DNA of 61,857 nt, counting the filler, from Hausera hauseri (taxonomy: Eukaryota), in assembly GCA_046269625.1 (NCBI GenBank). It is 11 parts of 11 records of this genome, joined end to end, with 100 filler letters (N's around TTAATTAATTAA, not from the genome) between each part and the next. Parts side by side here need not be neighbours in the genome. Positions count along the whole stretch, not along the records: positions 1 to 5,420 come from JBJURY010258622.1; positions 5,521 to 9,839 come from JBJURY010637552.1; positions 9,940 to 17,470 come from JBJURY010008456.1; 8 more parts are not named here. The stretch is one strand, 5' to 3'. A model generated the notes under the pieces. That model was not told the DNA's origin. It made no database searches and worked only from the letters and a program-made list of their open reading frames with translations. Within the stretch, counting starts at the first letter, position 1. Every line of letters begins with the position of its first letter. Below, in pieces: positions 1 to 11,414 of this stretch. Made by a program: the position numbers and the translations under genes.

Positions 1-463
1 TTTTCTGCCGGATATTATTTATGCATGCAATCATTCGACACATCGCGACATCACCGGATTACGGTCGGTGAATGTAACCGATGATTTGGATATTTGGCTT
101 TATAAAAACCGAACCCGATAAACAATTAAATGTCCAAAATATAAAATTGGTGGTTATATATGTATTTCAAAGCTGAGTATAACGCTATTCATCACGAATT
201 CCAATTGGAACAGAAGCGATGAGATTTTTCGAATTTCTACAATCAACACAAAAAGACACCCGTTGCGTACATATTAGATGACAACGGTGAGGAAATACGT
301 GGTAAATTTTACGAACAGGAACTGCAAGTACTGCCTGAGAAACCCGATGTGTATCGTATTCAGGATATTATACGTTTATTTGGCAAATGTTCGAATAAAC
401 TATCTTGTCAAGTGGCATGGATATACCCCACCGAGTTGGGTATTTGCATTTCAGATTGAATGA
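1..463 (+). pseudogene. Polinton retroviral-like integrase C-terminus with chromodomain
   Basis: Manual translation across frameshifts gives PKYKIGGYICISK..DEIFRISTI..ILDDNGEEIRGKFYEQELQ..VYRIQDII..YLVKWHGYTPPSWV, matching the Polinton integrase tail (GxFYExELQ) and chromodomain (YLVKWxGY). Confidence 0.8.
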
Positions 464-1506
464 GTGTTTACTTAGCACTTGGGAGTAACAGATGATCACA
501 TGGCAATAACAACAACAACAATATGACTGAACGGTTTATCATGTACTTGGACCAGACGCTAGATTTACGCCAGGGCTCGTAGGAAGTGGCTTTGACGGAA
601 TTCACATTTACATTTTTACCCATATCAATATGTGAGAACAGTGGTGTTTACTTTATTGGAGAAATCTGCCTAAAGTCGTTTGCAGTTATCCGAAACTCTA
701 ATCGAACATTTCATGTTCTCAATTATACGCAGCAATATTTTTAAATTTATATTTTTATTTAAACAATCGTTTTCTTTCTAAAACCCCGAAATCCGATTGA
801 ATTGCAATTTAAGTCTATAGCCGATGCTCAGGCATGGGGTTTTTAATCCGTCAGTGTGCTCCAAAGGTCTGAATCTAGGTGGACATGTTATAGATAGTGA
901 AAGAAAATTGAACTTTTCCGAAAACATGAAAAGCGGCATTATGGTAAACTGGAAAATGACAAAATAGACCTTCTACTCGTATACTACGGGATACGGTTTA
1001 CTGTTGGAATCGGAAAGAGAATTGTGTGAATCCATCAGGTAGTTGGCTAAATTGGCCCTAAGGACATTTGAATTAAACGCCGACGGCCGTATTTCATTTA
1101 TACTACATGATGTTACATTTTGCTTTTGATAAACTAATGGCACGGAATCTTGGCTTTACGACACGAGAATTCGGTTAAACCGGCAGTGATCGAGCTATTA
1201 TCGCTAAATACAAACCACCACTTTGGAACATTTCATCGAATTAACATTTTACCATATCTGACCGAACCTGTATTTGTTGGTGGAGAACGTAAACAACTAT
1301 TGGCTTCTATTACACTGGATTCTGACACGTACAAAATACCTGGCGAAACTGCTCACGTTTCTATTATCAGGTTCGTGTATGTAGCGATGTCTCACAATGT
1401 TGTGCAAAGTATTGCAGTTCACATGCTAGATAAATTTTGGAAACCCCTTAAATTTCTGTTCGCATCAACGACACATTTGACGCTACATTTTCGACGTCGA
1501 CAATAA
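460..1506 (+). pseudogene. Polinton minor capsid (penton-like) protein, copy 1
   Basis: N-terminus MSVYLALGSN..YLDQTLDLRQGS*EVALTEF; C-terminus (ORF 1150-1506) EPVFVGGERKQLLASI..YVAM..VQSIAVHMLD..HLTLHFRR; both typical of the family. Confidence 0.75.
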
Positions 1507-1515
1507 ACAAACTGC

Positions 1516-2507
1516 ATCATCGATGTCACTACAATCATCAATGTGGTGTTACCGAGCAACAGTTGTGCGACGACTCGTCCGAAGAATTCAGCCCAATACA
1601 TTGTAGATTTGGGCAATCCGTTGGATTTATCCGGTTAATAGGAGGTTGCACTAAAGAATTTAACTTTCCTTACGCATCGTTGACATTGAAAGGCAATATG
1701 TAAATATACTACGGCATAACTCACCGGGTCAAGGCAACTGAACCATTTCAACTACTATTTGAAAATATTAAACTGTGGTCCAGAACCTCTTATGTTTGTA
1801 CAAGTGACTTTAATAAGAGTACAAAAGACAAAATCCGTGTTATGCTAAAAGATGGAAAAGTACAGTTTTATTACAATTCCAAAGTGGCAAAAAAATTTTG
1901 ATTCAAAAGTACAGAAATCAAAGGTAAAATCATCGTTGCTGATGATGCCATCGCACAAAATACATACCTAGGAACATATGTGGACATTATTTTTAGTCGA
2001 CAAAATATATAAACTGTGCATGATACATCTATCTAGATTGACGATAATGTCTATTGTGAATCTGTAGCGGATCTTGTTCGACATTTTTGCTCTAAAAAGT
2101 ACCAATACATATTAAACCTTTAACGTCAGATACAAATGGTTACATCATATTCAAACTGTATAAGGACGTGGTCGAACTTTTATTGGATAAAGCTTTGGCC
2201 ATGGTATTAAGTTTTGAAAAACAGTGGCTTGAGCCGAATAGGATACATGTTTAGATACTTAAATCAAAACTGAAAAACGCAATACATCAAATGTGCATTT
2301 ACACGAAAGTTACCGCTACTCCGTTTAATTTGTCTGGAAAGTAACCGGTATATTTCTGGAGATAATGTCACTGTCAAGCTCGACAATCCAATGTACCTGC
2401 CTGTGGCAACTACATCTATAAACAATGTTGAAGTAAAAATCAGGTGTAACGCGGGCTACTTTATTGAATTTCCATACGGTAACTCTTATTTTCCGTCGAA
2501 AATATGA
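1516..2507 (+). pseudogene. Polinton minor capsid (penton-like) protein, copy 2
   Basis: INVVLPSNSCATTRPKNSAQYIVDLGNPLDLSG**EVALKNL at the start; LPLLRLI..DNPMYLPVATTSINNVEVKIR..FIEFP..VTLIFRR at the end. Confidence 0.7.
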
Positions 2508-3060
2508 TTGATTCTCAAATTGTTTCCATTTACAGTAAATTTCAGCATGTCGGTGAACCGCCGTGGATGATTGCATACATTAGCATGTTTAGCATTTCCG
2601 GTGTTGAAACTTATTAAAGCCGTGGTAGCAAATACAGTACAGGATGTGCTGTGGTGCCAACGCGGCCGATGCCCTTTAACCCATTTGGTCGGGCACGGCC
2701 GGACGTCCACCATCGCCGCATAGGATCCATAGTCGGGCCCTATTACCCACCTCCAGAATTTCACCCGCCGAACTGGTCAACGGATTCAAAAGAGAATTTG
2801 CTTCATTGATCAAACAAATAGAATTTCCAAAAAAAATCTCATTCGTGTATACAAAGGTAATCATTATTGATTCGCAAATTCAGATCGGGAAAGCCTTCGG
2901 AAAATGGCGTTACAGCATGTCCAATTTGGAATTCTTATAAACAAGAATCTATGACGTTGATAACAGTCAATGATTTAGTGCTTTTATTACTTCAATTGCA
3001 ACATGTTTTCAATTTCTGAATTTAACAATAGTAATATGTTCACTACATCAACCAAATTGA

Positions 3061-3273
3061 AAAGAAATAAGAAATCAAGATCAAGGTCGTGAATGCGTTA
3101 ACTGTGGTGCTGTCAACACTTCCCTTTGGCGTCGAGATGGTCAGGGAAACTATCTATGTAATGCCTGTGGTCCCTATTTCAAATTGCACATTACTGGTCC
3201 AAATACCCTGAAGACATTTGTTCACAAATCAAATATTTCCAGCAAATCAACCATTCAACAGCTCACAATATAA
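3061..3273 (+). pseudogene. GATA-type zinc finger (single finger; exon or pseudogene fragment)
   Basis: Frame from 3061 reads [36 protein letters not shown] (C-x2-C-x17-C-x2-C), close to the animal GATA N-finger. In-frame stop at 3058-3060; absent from the ORF track. Confidence 0.8.
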
Positions 3274-4616
3274 AATCATCGTGGAACCAATTACTAGTCG
3301 ATTCTGTTAATAACAATTCGAACAATTATTCGGTGATTTATGATAAAAAAGCACCCAATTCAGGATCGATCAATGCTGATTTAAATCGTCTTTACAGCGG
3401 GTTGAATACAACGAATACGGACATTAAATGAGACAATGGGATCCAATTCTATAATCAGACCAATAATCCCGGTCTTTATTCCCATTCGATCGAAAACTCT
3501 CGACTTCTCCAACAGGCGATGTCCCAAACCCAACATAGTCCATCGTCCGATTCCAATGATAACATCAAATCGGAACTGTTACAACAAACAAATATTCCAC
3601 ATTACAATTTTGATAAATCGAAAACGATTATGAACAATTCCAATTCGCTGAAATATTCCAATTCGAATAACAGTGTAGTATAGTAGGAGGAAAACTGATC
3701 AAAATTCCCACAAGGTAGTGTGAGAATTTACATTGTTGATATTGGTGTGAGAATTTATGTTGATTTTGTATTATTGATATTGATTTTGTGTGAGAGAAAA
3801 TTGCCATTTCTGATTTACACCTGGTATTGACTCAGAAAAAGAACTGTACATAATAACAAACAGGTGGCAAATAATTGTAAATAATGGTTATATGGGCAAA
3901 TAAACGATGTAAATAATATGATAGACATGAGAAAAAGGAAATAAACAGATGGTACAATGGTATAAATAGTGTAGAGTAAAATGAACCAGTCAGTTAACAA
4001 TTGTGAGCCGAAAGTTACCGAGCTACCAGCGGAAGCCAGCACAATTTCAGTATTCGACGATTCAGTATTGACAGTATTATTGAACTGATCTGTGAAACTT
4101 ATCTCTTGCTGGAAGATTCTGATTTCCTTCATACGTAGCAAAATTTGTGGTATATTTCATTAGTAATATATATTTTGTGTTATAAAATTTTCTATAGTTT
4201 TTCGTCGCTCGTTAAGAGGGACTTGTACCACATTAAGGTTTAAACTCATTTAACGTTCATAGATAAGACTAGACTTTGTAATTTGAAGCATTCACTGCAC
4301 GCAGTACCCGCAAGATAAACTAAGTGCAAACTTCTAACGAGAACGTTAGAACTTACCTGCTAAATTCGAAACTTATTAAATTTGATTTCATTGTTATAGT
4401 TGGGTGTTGGATAGGGTCCACCTTCAACTACTAACATATAGTATAGAAAATTTATCAAATAATTAATATCAAATAGTTAAATTAATTTGAGTGAAACAGT
4501 TTTGTTACGAATTAAAAAAATTTGATGACGTATGTCTTTGATGCAACTGCTCGTTCAGTTCTAAGCCATTCGAAAAAAATTATAACCCTATAACACATTC
4601 ACCAACAACTTCATGC

Positions 4617-5420
4617 TCAACAGAAAATGTCATAATTTCCAGTAATATTTTTATGAAGACTATGAAAAACTGAATTATTATCCAAGTAAACAGATGACTT
4701 TCCATAATGTGAAAGTTCAGAACTAGCAGCTGGATGAACACTGTCTGTGGAGAGAGAAGTTTCTTTATTGTGCACACTGCCTCGGTTTCTGGTTAACTTT
4801 TCACCTGTTTCAGAAACTGCTAAAGTTCGATCTTGCTTTAATGAAAAGCTACTAGAAGGCATCACAGATGTTTGGATTTTATTAGAATTAACATGTGTCT
4901 GCTCATTATCAACTTGTAAAGAAGCATGCATATTTTTAACAGGTACATTATCAATAGCCAGGCCATGTTTTATTATAAAATTTCTTTCTAACGCTTGTTT
5001 ATAATTCGGAGGTTTGTCTGGGCGCTTAGCTTCTGCCAAATATTTATTACTTGGTGACAAATCCATGCTAGACCTCATGTATTTTGAAAGCCTGGCTCTT
5101 CTAGCAGAAACTGAAGTTAACATACTGTCCTGAGGCGGTGTAATGATAACTGGCCTGGATGTTACATTAAGATATTCTTCATCTCGAACAGAATTCATGC
5201 TTGGGTCACACGATTCTATGGTAGAAAATTCAGCTTGTGGAAAGTCAAAAGTGGTGTTACTGGCAGTGAGCAGCACTGAATCTGTCTTGGATGACTTTAA
5301 AGTCTGAAGGATGACTTTTGGAGGTGGCGAGCCTTTGTCAAAACGTTCTGGAGGCCAATATCTTCTGTTTGCATGATTATTGTGTTGGGAGGAAGTGAGT
5401 GAGGTATGGAATGATGGATC
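4617..5420 (-). CDS. Ser-rich uncharacterised coding segment (probable host exon, open to the contig end)
   Basis: The 219-aa ORF stays open upstream to the gap at 5420 (about 267 codons); no recognised domain. Confidence 0.45.
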   Translation of the reverse strand, partial: DPSFHTSLTSSQHNNHANRRYWPPERFDKGSPPPKVILQTLKSSKTDSVLLTASNTTFDFPQAEFSTIESCDPSMNSVRDEEYLNVTSRPVIITPPQDSMLTSVSARRARLSKYMRSSMDLSPSNKYLAEAKRPDKPPNYKQALERNFIIKHGLAIDNVPVKNMHASLQVDNEQTHVNSNKIQTSVMPSSSFSLKQDRTLAVSETGEKLTRNRGSVHNKETSLSTDSVHPAASSELSHYGKSSVYLDNNSVFHSLHKNITGNYDIFC

Positions 5421-5520
5421 NNNNNNNNNNNNNNNNNNNNNNNNNNNNNNNNNNNNNNNNNNNNTTAATTAATTAANNNNNNNNNNNNNNNNNNNNNNNN
5501 NNNNNNNNNNNNNNNNNNNN
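5421..5520. other. Artificial contig linker (N-run, TTAATTAATTAA, N-run); identical linkers at 9840-9939, 17471-17570, 22957-23056, 28139-28238, 35231-35330, 39900-39999, 45798-45897, 50728-50827, 56226-56325
   Basis: Ten identical 100-nt spacers carrying a six-frame stop cassette; content on either side is unrelated. Confidence 0.97.
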
Positions 5521-7321
5521 CATCATTCATGTGTAAAGTTAATATTTATATAGGAAGAAATATTGGCGATGTAACTGATAGTTAGACGAATACGTTGTAC
5601 TTTGACATAATATAAATGACAAACTTTGAATCCGACTTTAATAAAATATTTATTGTAAAATGAAACGAAATTTCCAATTCCTCGCATGTTAGGGAGAAAT
5701 TGAAGAAGTGCAAGGTGATGTAACACTTAGAAGACCATATTGCATAATATTATATTTTATTTTTTTTGTTTACCAATTTTTTTCATTTTATATTTACCAA
5801 TCACCTTTATGAATTTTTTAACAGTATTAAAGTTTCGGCTTTTCCTCCTGCAAAATAATGTTTCCCACTTTGTTATTGTTACTTTGGTCATTTATCATGG
5901 ATTTAAAAACCTTAAATAGAAATGACTGCCTTAAATGATGGTCCGATTTATTTCAGATTTATTTCAAATCATTTGTCTTTAATTTAGTTTATAATGCAGT
6001 TAATTGATTTGGACAAGCAGGCATTATGTAAATATACAATTTTTCTAACAATAACAATAGTTTTTAAAAACAATATCAGTCGATGTGACTGAACCCAATC
6101 TGTGACTATAATATAAAATAATTGTTCTAACATTACAAACTTAAATTTTAAAGATTAAAAAATTTGATGGACAATAGAGCAGTATGTATTTTTTGTATTT
6201 TAATATTATTATTTTTACCTTTTTAATAATAATATTAATCTTTTTATTATTAAACAAATTGAAGTTGCTCCTAAAGAACTTTCATATTTTGAAATCTTTT
6301 TATTATTATTGAAATATTAAATGTGAGAAAAACAAATTTATACATTACTGCAATAAATTATTCAAATGGAGTATATTATTTAAGTTTTTGTGTTCAGTTC
6401 TTTTTTGTTAAATATGGAAAATATGAACTGTTGTTTGTCATTGGCATGTGCAACTATGGAATATCCAATGTAAAGAGGCGTAATATTTTTATTGTTTTTT
6501 ATAAATACTCTAGGAACGCTTCAACGATCGCTTCTGACTGATAGGGTCAAGTAAATGAATTGTTGCTCAATTATATTTCGACTAATATAAAATGGGGTTG
6601 CTCAATCATATAATTGCCATTATGCAATTGTTAATAGTCTTAAACTGGAATGACAAATAATGGGAGTAGACTTGGCAAATAGCTCGCGTTTTCTACCTGC
6701 TTGTACAGTATCACCTCTCCTGACGTATGAAACTTGTTCAAATTTTCACAATTTGTGTGCGCCTTCCTGTGTTGCTGCCTGTATGCTGTTGCTGTTCCTA
6801 CAAATTGAAACATCTGCTCAATATTAGGTTTCTAGTTTTTATCACTCGTGAATAAAAGACATTTTCATTTAAACAATGACACAACGTCCGACCGATTATT
6901 TATTAATTTCACGGAACATCTACGGCGTACTAAAGATAACGTAGTTAAAAGTGGTTAGACAATGGGAAGAACTCAATGAAAACTGGAAATGTTTGTGCGT
7001 ATATCTCTGCATTGGCGTAAAGTGCATAAGTAATATGGTTTTAGGAGGATATTGTACATGTACGTAGGATATTTGGGATATGTGGTAACTCTGATTGTGG
7101 TTGAATAATTCATAACTGTGTAAATTTCTCATTCTTATTTCATCACTATTATTCAATGGTTTCAATGCATAGTAAAATATTTTGATGTGGAATATTTGAT
7201 TTTCTGATGTCAATCATATTCAAACGACGGATCACGTTACTTTTAGAGGTACCTATTTCAAAAATTTTTGTAACATTAAAAATTAAAATTTTCTGTTAAA
7301 CTTTAATCCCATGTGTGTGTA

Positions 7322-7445
7322 AGAGTCCATTCCGGTACTCTTGAAAGTCATCTAGATGAGTTTATGTGACACCAGAGATATTCAGATCCCCATACAGAAT
7401 CATTCTACAAAATTATACTGCATATAGCACAGTGCCATCCATTTT
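7322..7445 (+). pseudogene. Merlin/ISXO2-like transposase C-terminal fragment
   Basis: RVHSGTLESHLDEFM*HQRYSDP then, after a frameshift, ESFYKIILHIAQCHP; resembles the Merlin ending (L-x-S-Y/H-L-x-E-F-M-W-R..F..I..HIA..YP). Confidence 0.5.
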
Positions 7446-9939
7446 ATTTGTACTTATTCAACTTGTACTGAATATTTAAATCCGAATCATATTTCTAACC
7501 TTCAATTTCGCTGTTTTATTCTTCGCCGGCAAAACGTATTTTCATAATAATCAACATTGTATTTTCTTTGACTACTTGTTATCAAATCGTAGATTTACAA
7601 TAGATTTCGTTCAAGTATATTTTTTATATCACAAATAATTCGATTTTGCGGTTTTTGTTTTCATGTTATTAAAAGCAAATGCAATATTTATTATTATTTC
7701 AGTTTAACATAACAGTGGAATAATTTATAAAGATTGTAAATTGATTATTCCACTGTTACTGCACATTTTCTGTAATTATGTCCAGTTATAAGATCATGAC
7801 AATTTGTGAGAAATCTTTGCTAAAATATTCAATACATTACATGTACATGTATTCGATCACTATCCAAATTCAAAATCTGGGAATATAACTTATTAAAATG
7901 ACGTCATACCGTTTCGCATTGCTTTGAACTTTCAATAACAAGTATTTTGAATTAACTTAAAATGAAGTTTACTTTCAACTATGGAAAATTAAATATAGTG
8001 GAATTTCAATTTATTATTTTTCAAAGGGATGGAAATGCACTGTTGCGACCGTAAATTATAAACAATGCGAAGCAAGATAATATATGTGAAATTTAATTCG
8101 GTTCGAAAATTGGCAAACTATCAATGCATGGAGGATATATGGAGATTATACTGTATTTTTTATGTGTGGAAAACATTTATGAAAATTATTTTAAAGTCAT
8201 ATTACGTCATTGTCATTTTATTAGTAAATTAATTGATATTTAATATTCGGTGTTTTTGTGTGAGTAGTTGTCAACGTCCAAAATATCTACATTACCAAAA
8301 TAAATTTTTTACGGATTAAATTGTATAATTTATTAATCGAATGTCACGTTATTTGGAAAAGATCTCAACAATCTTTTATTAAAACCGTCAATCAAAAATA
8401 CAGCAATAATAATTATATCATCATATGAAAAGTTCTCTACCTAACAATGAAAGAAACAAATTCGGTTTCATTTATTCAAATCATGGTAACACAAATTTCT
8501 GTGTCTATTTAATTTTTTGTTTGTGTTGTATTTGGAGTGGCTTGTTCTGTGAAATTATGTCTACACAATCAACGTTTTTGTACCACTGGATATTTGCCGA
8601 CATTGAGCTTAGTAGATAGATCTGACCGTTAGAGTCACATTATAAGATTATTCTTACGGGATTAAAGTTTTCCATTAATCATGTCTGTTTGTTAAATATG
8701 TTTGATGCATAATATTTAATATTCTCCGCTTAAAAAGGGAAGGAATTTTATTGTAAATCTATGTATTTTATATCAAATAATTAGAAACTTAAAAAATATA
8801 CTAATTAATAATATTTTAAAAAACGTTTTGTCGCCAAATATAAATCATGCATTAAATATGGAATATCTTGAAGAATATTAACACCAGAAAATTACTTTAA
8901 CTTTTGATACGTTTTTCTTTCATATTATTAATCAGTATTTGTTACAAAACACAAAGTTAAGGTAATTATCATTTCCCTTTTATTAATTTACAAATATTGT
9001 TTATAGTGTTCTGCATAGTTTTACATAGAGTGGTGTTTAATATCTTCCCTTTATCATTCTTCCTGATAGTACATTTCTTCTGTGGAGTATTTTAGGAAAA
9101 CTAGGGTGTGACATAAGTGTGTGCAGATGCATCAAATCTTAATGTGCACGTGGTCGCTGGTGAAGCCTCATTATCACAATTTCCTTTAGGAGAAGAATAC
9201 AGAATAGAGAGTTTCTTTTCATTCCCACAACTGCTGACTTTCAGGCAAAGGCAGGCCTCTAAAAATAGCCTCGGTGCTTCATGCACTGCAAGCCCCCTTT
9301 CCACTCATTAATTCCAGGTAGGTAGAGTGGGGACGCATATTTTCATCCTTGGTGTTTCACATTGTTTATTCAATATATGGTCTACTTCTCTTAATCACCA
9401 AACTGTGAATTACTTTTTTTCCTGTCGTCTGGTTATTCACTGTCCAGCCTTTGCAATAATAAGCATTTTGAATGAATTAAGTTGCTAATTCCTACCTGCC
9501 AGTCATAATGCTCATACAGAAGCACGGGTGTGCAATAATAGCTTTCTGGCCAATTGCACTCCGCTTCCATTTAACATTCAGTTACAATAAGATACAAAAC
9601 CATTTCTAAGCCTGGAACATTTTCACATTTTCTTGCATTACATAAACAAATGTCACTGCATTTTAATCTTCAATGTGTTTTGAGTCTGTGTATATGATAT
9701 TAAGACAAACACAATGGACTGTTTTTTTTTAAACAGTCCTTTTTGTTTGTCCCCAATGTGGTGGGGAGAAGTGTAGTTTCCACTTTAATACAACTCCTTG
9801 AAAAAAGAAGAACACTGAATACTAAACCCCCAGAGTAAANNNNNNNNNNNNNNNNNNNNNNNNNNNNNNNNNNNNNNNNNNNNTTAATTAATTAANNNNN
9901 NNNNNNNNNNNNNNNNNNNNNNNNNNNNNNNNNNNNNNN

Positions 9940-11414
9940 GCATCCGCATTCTAAAAGTTACTTCTCCCTTAGGCTCGTCGTCGTCTTCCAATAGTCCTTT
10001 GATTAGATTTGTTCCAGTTAGCTTGCTAGGGACAGCGGTAATGCCTCCATTGAGTAGGCTTATCCAGTCCGTACTGCTACGTCGAAACATAGGTTCACCT
10101 AGGCTCGTTTTGCATTCTTTCAGTATCGTTGGTTCAGTTGAGTTTGCCAATAATACTCTAGTGAGTGGCATTGCTAGTCCGGGCATGTTCTCATAGATGA
10201 CTGGTAATTCTTGCACGCATCTTTTCTCTTCTACATTGATTGGCACGTCTCTTTTTTCGCATTCGTAAGTTAGTAGAACTTCTTCAGTAACTCGTCCGAA
10301 AACACCTTCTTTCATTGGTATAATTGGAGATGCCAATTCTGGGTTGACATAAATTAAGGCCAACTTGGTTCTCACGACTTCAGTATCTAATCTGCAGTCA
10401 TTTGTTATCATTTTATGATACAGCTCTGCTATTCCGGTTTGTCCTTTATAATAGAAATAGTCGTCTCGATTTTTGAGGTAATCATCAATCCGTATGTCTT
10501 GCGTTTTCAAATCATACGCTTTCATGTTAATTTCAGTTTCTTCTACGAAAAATGCCTCATAATTTGTGGCATACATTACTACATCGCAACATGTTAACAT
10601 ATCTTTTCTAATAAACTTCAACCCATGCGTGTCCGATATCAGTATCGTCGGTGTGAAATGTTCTATCACGTCTTTCCTTGATCTCGTATTAATGTGTAAT
10701 TTATTTGTATAGCGTTTCCTAGTTGTCTCAGAATTTCAACTCTTTGATTTTAATGAATTTGCACTCCCTTTTGGAAGGTGGACTCCATACAACAACTGAA
10801 CTTCGGAACGTACAAGCGCCATCTTGTATGTGACATTTTTGATTTTCAGTAAATAGTTTGGTAACACTATGAAACATTGCTTTTAGGGGTCTTAACTCGG
10901 TTTTGTAAAAATCTACAACTACTGTTCCTCCTTCTTTTTCTTTTCCAGTATCGTATTCGGCTCCGACACAATAGCCCATGTGCATATTTAGTTTTCCGAT
11001 TTCCACTTTGTAATCTATAATGATCTTTCCTTCTTTGGCTTCTAACTCCATGCCATTCCAAACCATTTTGCCAGTCAGCCGGGCTCCTAAACAGTGTTGT
11101 CTATCCACATTCATTGGGATTAATGGTGTGGTTGGTTTGATAACTGAAGAATGTCCGTGCATATTACCACAATGAAAAACGCTGCGAAATCTCCGTATCA
11201 TACATGCCGTTGCATCCATTGCAATTAATTCCCGTTGTTGATATAATATATATCATTTTTCTATCGTCTCAAGCTTATGATGTCTTGCATATTCACATGT
11301 TTCTAAATCCATTAAGGAATATTTTTGACCTACCTTGAATTTATCACAGTCGTATGCGGTAACTGCTCCTATTTGCTTCACTAACATCATTATTGTCAGT
11401 AGGTTGATTAACTA
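9940..11414 (-). pseudogene. env: Envelope glycoprotein, chuvirus G / class III fusogen-like (A1)
   Basis: Hydrophobic signal (*LINLLTIMMLVKQIG) then AVTAYDC..YSLMDLETC, FHCG, and LALIYVNPELASP..GVFGRVTEEVLLTYEC..CVQELPV..PLTRVL. ORFs 10728-11219 and 9884-10669. Confidence 0.8.

Larger units (their letters stand above)
1..2940 (+). mobile_element. Degraded Polinton/Maverick (adintovirus-like) segment: integrase-chromodomain, two minor capsid genes, remnants of small ORFs
   Basis: Collinear + strand pseudogenes with Polinton-type motifs (see sub-features); many stops and frameshifts. Right boundary approximate. Confidence 0.75.

Noticed and set aside
5521-9100. Short ORFs in the AT-rich contig (e.g. 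5523-5726, 6323-6541, 6920-7213, 8425-8619)
   Set aside because: Composition is that expected of random AT-rich frames, with no motifs.
9400-9720. Cys-rich KCSDICLCNARKCEN on the minus strand, resembling a CXC tail of some transposon proteins
   Set aside because: Too short, with no supporting open frame or catalytic motif.
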